IMG/VR virus record: IMGVR_UViG_3300026549_000075
Coordinates: 6,350 to 70,349 of that record
Reading direction: 5' to 3' (one strand)
DNA: 64,000 nt
Source of the DNA: a virus
Lineage: Duplodnaviria > Caudoviricetes
The first letter of the stretch is position 1; every line of letters begins with the position of its first letter. The notes under the pieces are model-generated. The model was given only the letters and a program-made list of their open reading frames with translations. It ran no database searches and had not been told where the DNA came from. Positions 1 to 7,092 of this stretch are shown here, piece after piece. Position numbers and translations under genes: made by a program.

Positions 1-237
1 GGGGATCATAAGTACGTAGTTGGCATTTGTACAGATAACCGTGAATGTTCTAGGACTCATAGTGAAGCAAAGGATATGGGAGCAGCTGCAGGTATTTGTG
101 AACAGCAATATTCTTATCAAAACTTATATGTTGTAGGTTGTATTAAAGAATCTGGAGTATTGGTTAATAATATTGATGATGCTATTAAGTTCATGAAAGA
201 AAAGGCACCAGAATTTATGCAGGAGTTTGTTGATTAA
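1..237 (+). CDS. Partial (5'-truncated) nucleoside 2-deoxyribosyltransferase-family protein, C-terminus
   Basis: Frame 1 is open from base 1 to TAA 235-237: GDHKYVVGICTDNRE...NLYVVGCIKESGVLVNNIDDAIKF. This resembles the G-x-x-TD-x-R and NLYVxG motifs at the C-terminus of NDT-family proteins. Confidence 0.6.
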   Translation, partial: GDHKYVVGICTDNRECSRTHSEAKDMGAAAGICEQQYSYQNLYVVGCIKESGVLVNNIDDAIKFMKEKAPEFMQEFVD

Positions 238-620
238 TGAATATCTACGAATTAAGACAGCATGAACGTATGCTTAAGAAGATTGATAGGTTTAAAGAAA
301 TTACATCTCAAATGGCTGATTTGTATGCAAAGAAGAACAAGAACTATGGAGATAGCTTTGGTAAGTTATATAGAGACCTAGGTCCTACGTCTGGTTTAGT
401 ACCTTTACATAATAAATTGGATAGAGCCACAAACCTTCTTAAAGGCGACAAGAATCATTTTGAATCAATTAAAGATACATTAATCGATTTGGCAAACTAC
501 TCAATCATGCTTTACATTGAACTTGAAAATGATCCTGACTTTGTAGATGAAGCTGAGTGTATTAAGAATCCAGATATGAATAAAGATGAAGAGGAGGTAG
601 AGTATAGCTGTGAACACTAA
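237..620 (+). CDS. DUF1599 / nucleotide-modification-associated domain protein (MazG-like helical fold)
   Basis: KKNKNYGDSF...KLDR...ESIKDTLIDLANYSIM motif; TAATG overlap with the upstream gene. Confidence 0.7.
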   Translation: MNIYELRQHERMLKKIDRFKEITSQMADLYAKKNKNYGDSFGKLYRDLGPTSGLVPLHNKLDRATNLLKGDKNHFESIKDTLIDLANYSIMLYIELENDPDFVDEAECIKNPDMNKDEEEVEYSCEH

Positions 621-1905
621 TTTAAAATACGGTATCTCAGATACTCCTAAAAATATAAAAGAATTGTTACTATACGGTTTACAAAATATGTTGTCAATTC
701 TTACGGCAACAATTCTTATTAGTACAATTTGTGGAACTAATATTGCTGCTGGTCTTGTTGCAGGTGGTATGGCAACAATTACATTCCTTTGTCTTACAGG
801 ATTCAGAGTTCCATTATTCTTCTCAAATAGTGGAGCAACTGTAAGTGCTGTATTAGGAGCATATGCGTTATCAAGTTCTGTAGAAGAAAATTGTACAGCA
901 GTTGTATTAGGTGGATTGACAATCTGTATTATGAACTTTATCTTATCAAGAATTATAAAGAAGTTAGGAGCAGATTGGATTAAGAAAGTATTCCCTGATA
1001 TTTTAGTTGGTACTATTATCTTGGCAATAGGAATCAATCTTATGAAGTTTATTCCTACATATTTACAGATTAATGGTTCATATAGTTTAATTGGTATTGG
1101 ATTTGGTTTATTTACCATGTTCATTACAGCATTATTTAATCACTATGGAAAAGGATTAATTCCTACTTTGTCATTTCTCATAGGATTATTTGTATCTTAT
1201 TTAGTGGCCATTCTTATTTCATTAGTAGGAATTTACCCACTTGTAGATTTATCCCAATTCCATATTGCAGGATTGTTTAGTGTACCTGACTTCAGTTTCT
1301 TACATTTAGACTTTGTACATTTTAATTGGATGTTATTACCTCAGATAATTATCTTATTCGCATGTGTAAATGTAGGTGCTGTAGTAGAATCTATTGGAGA
1401 TATTCTTACTTGTTCTCAGATCACTGAAACAGATTTAGTATCAACAGTAGGTGTACATAAAACAATGTTAGCTGATGGTGTAGCTGATTTGGTTGGTTGT
1501 TTGATTGGATCTCAACCTACAACAACTTATGGTGAATCTTTAGCAACAATGGCAGTGAGTAGAGTTGCTTCAACAAAAGTCATTTTTACTGCAGCTGTTA
1601 TGACTTGCTTATTAGGATTTATTCAACCATTCAATGCTGCAATCATCAATATGCCATCATTCTTATTCGGTGGTATATCAATACTAGCATATTCATTTAT
1701 CTCCTTAAGCGGAATAAAGGTATTGGCTAACAGTAATATTGACTTTGATAATTCCAAGAATATAATCATTTTCGCTGTTGCATTAGCATTAAGTGTTAGT
1801 GGATTATCAATTGATATCGGCACCTTCAACTTAAGTGGTGTATCGATTGGAGTTATCACTGGTATGATTATGAATTTAATTTTGAAAGAAGGAGAAAAAT
1901 GTTAG
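610..1905 (+). CDS. NCS2-family uracil/xanthine permease (UraA/PyrP-like)
   Basis: 431 aa, many hydrophobic helices, GLQNMLS near the N-terminus, ESIGD and PTTTYGESLATMAVSRVAS signature. Confidence 0.85.
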   Translation: MNTNLKYGISDTPKNIKELLLYGLQNMLSILTATILISTICGTNIAAGLVAGGMATITFLCLTGFRVPLFFSNSGATVSAVLGAYALSSSVEENCTAVVLGGLTICIMNFILSRIIKKLGADWIKKVFPDILVGTIILAIGINLMKFIPTYLQINGSYSLIGIGFGLFTMFITALFNHYGKGLIPTLSFLIGLFVSYLVAILISLVGIYPLVDLSQFHIAGLFSVPDFSFLHLDFVHFNWMLLPQIIILFACVNVGAVVESIGDILTCSQITETDLVSTVGVHKTMLADGVADLVGCLIGSQPTTTYGESLATMAVSRVASTKVIFTAAVMTCLLGFIQPFNAAIINMPSFLFGGISILAYSFISLSGIKVLANSNIDFDNSKNIIIFAVALALSVSGLSIDIGTFNLSGVSIGVITGMIMNLILKEGEKC

Positions 1906-3254
1906 AGAAATTATTTCATCTAAAGGAGAACAACACAAAGCTCTCAACTGAGGTAATCGCTGGTTTGACCACTTTCGCTGCTATGGCGTATATTATTGTA
2001 GTTAATCCAGCAACGTTAACAGGATTCGGTGAACCAGGAGCAATGTTTATTGCTACAATTCTTGCTTCAGCAATAAGTACAGCATTATTAGGTTTAATTG
2101 CTAATATTCCTTATGCAGCTGCACCAGGATTAGGTCTTAATAATACTGCTGCTAATATCTTGGCAGGTTACACAGCTTATCTTGTAGGATTAAGTCCTGA
2201 AGGTATTATTGCAGTTGTATTAATGTCTGGTATTATTAATGTATTGATTACAGTTACAAATATTCGTAAATATATTATTAAAGCAATTCCAGAATCTTTA
2301 CAGAATGCTATTGGTGCAGGTATTGGTATGTTCATTATCTATATTGCATTATGTAATGTAGGTTTAGTTCATTTCACATTTGGTATCCCTGCAATTCAAA
2401 CAGCAATTGATCTTAAAGTATTAGCAGTATTTGTATTTGGTTTATTATTGACTGTATTCTTACTTTTAAAGAATGTAAATGGAGCAATCTTAATTGGTAT
2501 TGTAGCTACTACATTATTAGGTATTCCTCTTGGAGTAACAAACTTTGGAATGGGCTACAGTTTAGGTGAAGCATTTACAGCGTATGGTAATTGGTTTGGT
2601 ACGCCAATTACGAAAGGTATTCCTGAATTATTCAGTAACTTTAGAAATTTAATTCCTACATTAATTGGTATCCTTTCTTTCTCATTATCTGACATCTTTG
2701 ATACTATCGGTACATTTATTGGTACTGGTAAAGTTTCAGGTATCTTTAATGATTCTGATTTGGAAGATATGGAAACAGGATCAGGTTTTGATTCCAAGAT
2801 GGATAAAGCATTATTCGCAGATGCTATTGCTACCCCAATTGGAGCATTATTAGGTACATCAAGTACTACTACTTATGTTGAATCTGCAGCTGGTATTGGT
2901 GCTGGTGGTAGAACAGGTTTAACTTCTGTAGTTGTAGCATTATGTTTCTTATTAGCATTACCATTTGCAGGATTTGTTAGTGGTATTCCATCAGCTGCCA
3001 CTGCTCCAGCATTGATTGTTGTGGGTGTAATGATGATGGCGTCTTTAAAGGAAATCAATTGGAATGATTTAGATGAAGCTATTCCTGCTATGTGCGCTAG
3101 TGTACCTATGGCATTAACTTATGGTATTACCAATGGTATTATGTTAGGCTTCTGGTCATATACATTTGTAATGCTTTGTAAAGGAAAAGTAAAAGAAGTA
3201 CATCCAATTATTTTAGTTAGTGATATTTTATTTATTCTTAATTATTTAATTTAG
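1899..3254 (+). CDS. NCS2-family purine permease (AzgA/PbuG-like)
   Basis: MLEKLFHLKENNT..TEVIAGLTTFAAMAYIIVVNP, APGLGLN, DIFDTIGT and TTTYVESAAGIGAGGRTGLT motifs. Confidence 0.9.
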   Translation: MLEKLFHLKENNTKLSTEVIAGLTTFAAMAYIIVVNPATLTGFGEPGAMFIATILASAISTALLGLIANIPYAAAPGLGLNNTAANILAGYTAYLVGLSPEGIIAVVLMSGIINVLITVTNIRKYIIKAIPESLQNAIGAGIGMFIIYIALCNVGLVHFTFGIPAIQTAIDLKVLAVFVFGLLLTVFLLLKNVNGAILIGIVATTLLGIPLGVTNFGMGYSLGEAFTAYGNWFGTPITKGIPELFSNFRNLIPTLIGILSFSLSDIFDTIGTFIGTGKVSGIFNDSDLEDMETGSGFDSKMDKALFADAIATPIGALLGTSSTTTYVESAAGIGAGGRTGLTSVVVALCFLLALPFAGFVSGIPSAATAPALIVVGVMMMASLKEINWNDLDEAIPAMCASVPMALTYGITNGIMLGFWSYTFVMLCKGKVKEVHPIILVSDILFILNYLI

Positions 3255-3280
3255 TGTATAATATTATTAAAGGATTAGAA

Positions 3281-3355
3281 ATGAGATTATATTTAATTAC
3301 AACATCATTAATAAGTAATCAATCCTCATTACAGGGTATTTTAATGATGAAATAA
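3281..3355 (+). CDS. Possible 24-aa leader peptide (MRLYLITTSLISNQSSLQGILMMK)
   Basis: AAAGGA RBS upstream; TAA lies just before an antiterminator-like segment. Confidence 0.3.
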   Translation: MRLYLITTSLISNQSSLQGILMMK

Positions 3356-3391
3356 TATAGCTCCTCCTTTAATATAATCGATCTTTTTCAT

Positions 3392-3426
3392 AAATAAAGA
3401 GGGGAGCAATCCTCTCTTTATTTTTT
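3392..3426 (+). terminator. Rho-independent terminator
   Basis: AAATAAAGAGGGGA-GCAA-TCCTCTCTTTATTT hairpin followed by a T-run. Confidence 0.8.
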
Positions 3427-3460
3427 AGTTTACTTATAGTTAATTATTTGTTATTATAAT
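3426..3460 (+). promoter_or_regulatory. Sigma70-like promoter (AGTTTACW class) for the tRNA array
   Basis: TAGTTTACT-N17-TATTAT/TATAAT about 15 nt upstream of the first tRNA. Confidence 0.6.
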
Positions 3461-3475
3461 AATGTATTAAATATT

Positions 3476-3551
3476 GCTACTGTAGCACAATAAGTAGTGC
3501 AATTGTTCCGTAAACAATAGGTTGTGGGGGCAGATCCTACCAGTAGCACCA
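3476..3551 (+). tRNA. tRNA-Thr(CGT), atypical
   Basis: GCTACTG/CAGTAGC acceptor stem, encoded CCA, ATTGT/ACAAT stem with loop TC-CGT-AA. C33 and a GGCAGAT T-loop are non-canonical. Confidence 0.7.
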
Positions 3552-3572
3552 TTTTGATACATATATGTAAAT

Positions 3573-3648
3573 GCCAGATTAACTCAATTGGTAGAGTAAT
3601 TCATTTGTACTGAAAAGGTTATGGGTTCGAGTCCTATATCTGGCACCA
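3573..3648 (+). tRNA. tRNA-Thr(TGT)
   Basis: GCCAGAT/ATCTGGC acceptor stem, loop TT-TGT-AC, TTCGAGT T-loop, CCA. Confidence 0.9.
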
Positions 3649-3649
3649 T

Positions 3650-3799
3650 CCTGATTCATACATTGCAGGAAGAGGTGAATCAATGATTGGCAGCTGCAAC
3701 TGCACGAATCATAGGTTAGGTTGGGGTTAGTGGTGATCCCGTAAAGATACCTACTGAAGATACCTGAGTGTTTGCCGAAAGGAACCAAAAGTCTTCAAT
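3650..3799 (+). ncRNA. Structured ~150-nt intergenic RNA candidate
   Basis: Consecutive hairpins TGATTCA/TGAATCA, ATGATT/AATCAT, TAGGT/ACCTA and TGAAGAT/GTCTTCA (the last with a CC-GAAA-GG tip) between two tRNAs. Confidence 0.4.
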
Positions 3800-3887
3800 G
3801 CTCTCGTGGCGGAATTGGTAGACGCATAGCACTTAAAATGCTACACTAGTAAATAGTATGTCAGTTCAAGTCTGACCGGGAGCACCA
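3800..3887 (+). tRNA. tRNA-Leu(TAA)
   Basis: GCTCTCG/CGGGAGC acceptor stem, TAGCA-CTTAAAA-TGCTA anticodon arm, long variable arm, CCA. Confidence 0.92.
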
Positions 3888-3890
3888 AAT

Positions 3891-3967
3891 GGGAAATTAG
3901 CTCAGCTGGTAGTAGCGCGCGGCTGTTAACCGCTAGGTCGTGGGTTCAAGTCCCTCATTTCCCGCCA
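3891..3967 (+). tRNA. tRNA-Asn(GTT)
   Basis: GGGAAAT/ATTTCCC acceptor stem, GCGG-CTGTTAA-CCGC anticodon arm, CCA. Confidence 0.92.
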
Positions 3968-3970
3968 TGT

Positions 3971-4045
3971 GCGAATGTAGTTCAATGGTTAGAGCTCCAG
4001 CCCTCCAAGCTGGTAATACGGGTTCGATTCCCGCCATTCGCTCCA
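3971..4045 (+). tRNA. tRNA-Gly(TCC)
   Basis: GCGAATG/CATTCGC acceptor stem, CCAGC-CCTCCAA-GCTGG anticodon arm (C at position 33), TCCA end. Confidence 0.88.
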
Positions 4046-4047
4046 TT

Positions 4048-4136
4048 GGTAAGTTGGTAGAGTTGGTCGATTACGCCTGTCTTGAAAACAGGAGATGTGA
4101 AAGCATCCGTGGGTTCAAATCCTACAGTGAGCGCCA
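4048..4136 (+). tRNA. tRNA-Ser(TGA) with a mismatched acceptor stem (possible pseudo or chimeric tRNA)
   Basis: CCTGT-CTTGAAA-ACAGG arm, long variable arm, T-arm and CCA are intact, but GGTAAGT/AGTGAGC forms only about 4 of 7 pairs. Confidence 0.7.
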
Positions 4137-4138
4137 GT

Positions 4139-4330
4139 AATGATCAGTAGACAAGAATTAAAAGTCACCAAGACAATAGGAGTCCCATAAAATGGAACAC
4201 TTGGAGGACCAACTCCATAATAAAGGGTGTGAAATCCATTGGGAATGCATGTGATTGAGAATATCCAAATATCGAAATTAATTTCTGGACAGCCCTTTTC
4301 GAGGCATATTCAATTGCACATCTGATCATT
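4139..4330 (+). ncRNA. Structured ~190-nt RNA candidate
   Basis: Perfect terminal helix AATGATCAG (4139)/CTGATCATT (4322-4330); internal GTGATTGAGAATAT/ATATTCAATTGCAC pairing; no ORF. Confidence 0.45.
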
Positions 4331-4486
4331 TAGGAGCATACACCTTAAAAGTATGTGGTCATTTATCCGTTCTATATCCTTAATCAAACGGATGACTCAT
4401 GACATGGATGATCCCATATCCGTCTGTAACAAAATGGATATTCTGTGTTGATGGTATCCAGAATTAAAACTAAAGACCATCTAAAT

Positions 4487-4520
4487 TAGTTTACATTATA
4501 TTTAAAAATGATATAATATA
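4487..4520 (+). promoter_or_regulatory. AGTTTACA-class promoter
   Basis: TTAGTTTACA-N17/18-TATAAT. Confidence 0.6.
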
Positions 4521-4539
4521 ATTATAGTTAACCAATTAG

Positions 4540-4704
4540 TAACCCTTATGCCGGCTATATAAAAATAAGGGAGAGCTAACCTTACGAACAAGGGGTAACA
4601 AATTAAGATTACATACAACACTACCTGGAAGGAAGTCATGATCCTCACAATTGCGACTGAGACATAAAGGAATGAAACAGGGATCTCCGGAAAGAGCAAA
4701 GGTT
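4540..4704 (+). ncRNA. Independently transcribed ~160-nt RNA candidate
   Basis: Lies between two AGTTTACA promoters, has no sensible + strand ORF, and contains CCCTTAT/ATAAGGG and AACCTT/AAAGGTT helices. Confidence 0.35.
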
Positions 4705-4706
4705 AA

Positions 4707-4740
4707 TTAGTTTACAACTATATCATAATATGATATAATG
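4707..4740 (+). promoter_or_regulatory. AGTTTACA-class promoter
   Basis: TTAGTTTACA-N17-TATAAT, exact sigma70 spacing. Confidence 0.7.
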
Positions 4741-4774
4741 AATACGTAAGATAAATAAAGATATTATCTTACAA

Positions 4775-4908
4775 AAATATAGAATTGGTGCAGTGGTAGG
4801 GATACCGTAGGCAGCAAGTATGAGAAACTCCCTGATTATTGGTCCGGACTCCGATAATTAAAGCCTCTAACCCCGGAGACACAGGTTCGATTCCTGTATT
4901 CTATATTT
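4775..4908 (+). ncRNA. tRNA-like RNA with an expanded anticodon region
   Basis: 11-bp AAATATAGAAT/ATTCTATATTT terminal stem, D-loop-like CAGTGGTAG, perfect T-arm ACAGG-TTCGATT-CCTGT, about 55 extra nt in the middle, no CCA. Confidence 0.55.
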
Positions 4909-4952
4909 AATAAGAATTTAATAAGAGATCACTTACCGAAATGTTGAAAAAT

Positions 4953-5065
4953 TAGTGTTGTCATAAAATTAGCGCAGTGGTTAAACTTATTAAAATCAAT
5001 AATAGGTAAAAGATGAGGTAACCTGGCACTGCCATATGGGTAAAGGGTTCAAATCCCTTCACAGA
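4953..5065 (+). pseudogene. Degenerate tRNA-like element
   Basis: D-loop-like TAGCGCAGTGGTTAA, CTTATTA/TAATAGG stem, T-arm AAGGG-TTCAAAT-CCCTT; acceptor stem poor. Confidence 0.35.
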
Positions 5066-5094
5066 CGTGTGTAAAATTCTTTTATCTATTTTAT

Positions 5095-5169
5095 CCTCCT
5101 GTAGTTCAATGGTTAAAACGGGCGACTTATAATCGTCAATTCCAAGTTCAACTCTTGGTGGGAGGACCA
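5095..5169 (+). tRNA. tRNA-Ile(TAT)
   Basis: CCTCCTG/TGGGAGG acceptor stem, GGCGA-CTTATAA-TCGTC anticodon arm, A73 discriminator, CCA. Confidence 0.88.
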
Positions 5170-5189
5170 TTTATTTGAAAGGATTAAAA

Positions 5190-5465
5190 ATGAAAGTACT
5201 TGCTGTAATTGATGTTATTGATTTTCCGGAAACATGTAAGCAATGTAGATTTAAACAAGGAGCACTAAATCCGGCAGATGAATTAGAGTGATTATGTGAA
5301 TTAAATGATGAGCATATTGAGCTCCATGAAGCAAGTGAGTGGTGTCCATTAAGAAAAATACCTCAGAAAGAAAGTGAAAAACATAGAGAGGAAATTGAAG
5401 ATTGGACAGGACTTGCTTATTCACAAGGTTGGAATGATTGTATTGATGAAATTATAAAGGAGTAA
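5190..5465 (+). CDS. Conserved small phage hypothetical protein (CxxC...WCPLRKIP...GWNDCIDEI); one in-frame TGA read as Trp
   Basis: AAAGGA RBS; the frame is open to TAA when TGA=W; resembles a common Firmicutes-phage family. Confidence 0.7.
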
Positions 5466-5467
5466 AG

Positions 5468-5704
5468 ATGGGAGCTTGTTATTGTTCATTAGCAGGTACA
5501 ACCGCGTGTAAAAATTGCCCTAATAATTACAGTAATAGTATAGATGATATTCATCCTAAATGGTGATCTAATTATATTTATGATAATATGCTTTCTCTGT
5601 ATCGTTCAACTAAGGAGCAGCTTGACTCTATAACTATAAAAGAAGATGAATGGGAAATTCCATCTTTTATGCTTAAAGGAGATGAATATGATAGGAAATC
5701 CTAA
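5468..5704 (+). CDS. Hypothetical protein (N-terminal CxC..CxxC); one TGA read as Trp
   Basis: Starts 2 nt after the previous stop; 78 aa to TAA under code 4. Confidence 0.55.
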
Positions 5705-5843
5705 ATACAATTATAACGATGTAGTTTCATTTAAAATTAAAGATTATAATGATGAAGAGCGTATACTTATAGGAAGTGTGTATATTTTCAAATTAGATTT
5801 AATTACCGATTCGTACACTGGACAAATAAACAAAGGGTTGTAA
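5688..5843 (+). pseudogene. Short, probably truncated hypothetical gene (MIGNPKYNYNDVVSFKI...)
   Basis: AAAGGA RBS; the 3' third of the ORF overlaps the start of the structured RNA region. Confidence 0.35.
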
Positions 5844-6914
5844 CTGCTCAGCCGTCGGTATTAAATAAAAATTGACTTTATTGCTGATAAATATCCTGGC
5901 CTAAAAGTGTACACAAGCCACGGGAGGCGAGTAGTAAAGTCATATTCCACCATCAAGTACTGAATGTTATTCAGCAGTAATGAAATATCAATATAGGATA
6001 AAGTAGTGAGACTGAGTCAGTGGACTTAATGAAGCTTGGGAACTCCAGACAAAGTAGTCTGCAAGTAGAGGTTGAGCTCTACAAATATTCGCTTCACTTA
6101 ACGCGAACAAATAAACAAAAAGGGCATAAGTGAATTAACACTGGGTGACGATAGTCTGCCGGCGGATACGATAAATGTTGTTGCTATTCGATATGCAATT
6201 AAAATAAGGTCGAGTTTATAAGAGATGCCTAAGTTGCTCATCACGTAGAGGACGAAACACAAGGACAAGAAGTCGCCCAGCCCGAGGCAGAGTCATGTGT
6301 AATATCGGGTAAAGGCGTGATTAAGGTTAATACTATACCTCTAATTAGGCCATAATGTCTCCCACGAAAGTGGTTATAAGAATCCTAGTGAGAAAAGTAT
6401 TCGTTAGTTGGCTGACGTTATATTAGGTTTGGAAGTAAGAACCCGTGCCAGAAAAAACTTCAAGTCCACTATGACTATAAACTGGATGTAACAAGGCTAC
6501 AGGTTGGAGGTAAATAGCTTATCCTGTGGAGGAGACACTCCAGAAATATACGAAATAAAACCTCATAAAATATGCCGTGTACAGAACTTGGCTGTGCGAA
6601 ATCATAATATGTGTGATTAGGTGGATTCGCCAATTGGCACCATATTGATACTGGTCACCTAATGTATCAACACACAAAATAGTCATATGTACCGTGGACT
6701 ATAACTACGGGGTTCGGTTCACGATAAACCTTACACTACAACCACGGCAGTAATGAAATATCATTATATGATAAAGTAATGAGACTAATGGTACATCGTT
6801 GTAAAAATAGTAGCGGGTCCACCTTGTAAGTTCGTGAGGACCTAAAACAGGAACTTTCAAATCCTCAAGTGGTTGTTGTAGGGCGGTTTGATGCCACCTT
6901 AGAACGTAAAGGTT
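5800..6914 (+). ncRNA. Large (~1.1 kb) ORF-free, highly structured RNA region, possibly several RNAs
   Basis: Higher GC than its flanks. Long-range helices AGTGGACTT..GAAG/CTTCAAGTCCACT, CTGGGTGAC/GTCGCCCAG, TCTGCC/GGCAGA, CTACAACCAC/GTGGTTGTTGTAG; a CCAC-GAAA-GTGG tetraloop hairpin; a duplicated 40-nt module. Confidence 0.65.
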
Positions 6915-6930
6915 ACCCACTTTTCCACAT

Positions 6931-7005
6931 CGCAGGTTAACTGGATCGGTTCCAGCTCGGGCTCATAATCCGATTAGAGAGGTTCAACTCCTCTACCTGC
7001 AACCA
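6931..7005 (+). tRNA. tRNA-Met(CAT), initiator-like
   Basis: C1:A72 mismatch, TCGGG-CTCATAA-TCCGA anticodon arm, ACCA end. Confidence 0.88.
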
Positions 7006-7043
7006 TTTGTCATTGTTAGTTTTCTTACCTCAGGATTGTAACT

Positions 7044-7080
7044 AGTTTACAATCCTCTTTTTATTTGTTACTATAATAAT
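7044..7080 (+). promoter_or_regulatory. AGTTTACA-class promoter
   Basis: CTAGTTTACA...TACTATAAT upstream of a GAGGT RBS. Confidence 0.5.
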
Positions 7081-7092
7081 AGAGGTAAAGAT

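Noticed and set aside
4048-4136. tRNA with anticodon TGA as the opal suppressor
   Set aside because: Anticodon TGA reads UCA (Ser). An opal suppressor needs anticodon TCA, and none was found in this window.
4625-4660. RNase P-like GGAAGGAAGTC
   Set aside because: The segment is too short and the matching 3' conserved region (AACCCGGCTTA-like) is absent.
6005-6160. Group I intron-like R/S elements (GAGACTG / GATAGTCT could form a P7-like helix)
   Set aside because: I could not build P3/P4/P6 convincingly, there is no interrupted host gene, and competing long-range helices exist. It is left to a covariance-model search.
6245-6262. Hammerhead-like GAGGACGAAAC
   Set aside because: The required upstream CUGAnGA core and stem II partner are missing.
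6574-6642. GCC...GGCACCA 69-nt tRNA candidate
   Set aside because: The ends look like a tRNA, but no D-arm, T-arm or 7-nt anticodon loop can be folded. At most it is a remnant or processing signal.
3648-7010. tRNA-associated HDV-like (theta) ribozymes after tRNA 3' ends
   Set aside because: No nested double-pseudoknot pattern was recognisable directly after any CCA end by eye. A descriptor search would be needed to exclude them fully.
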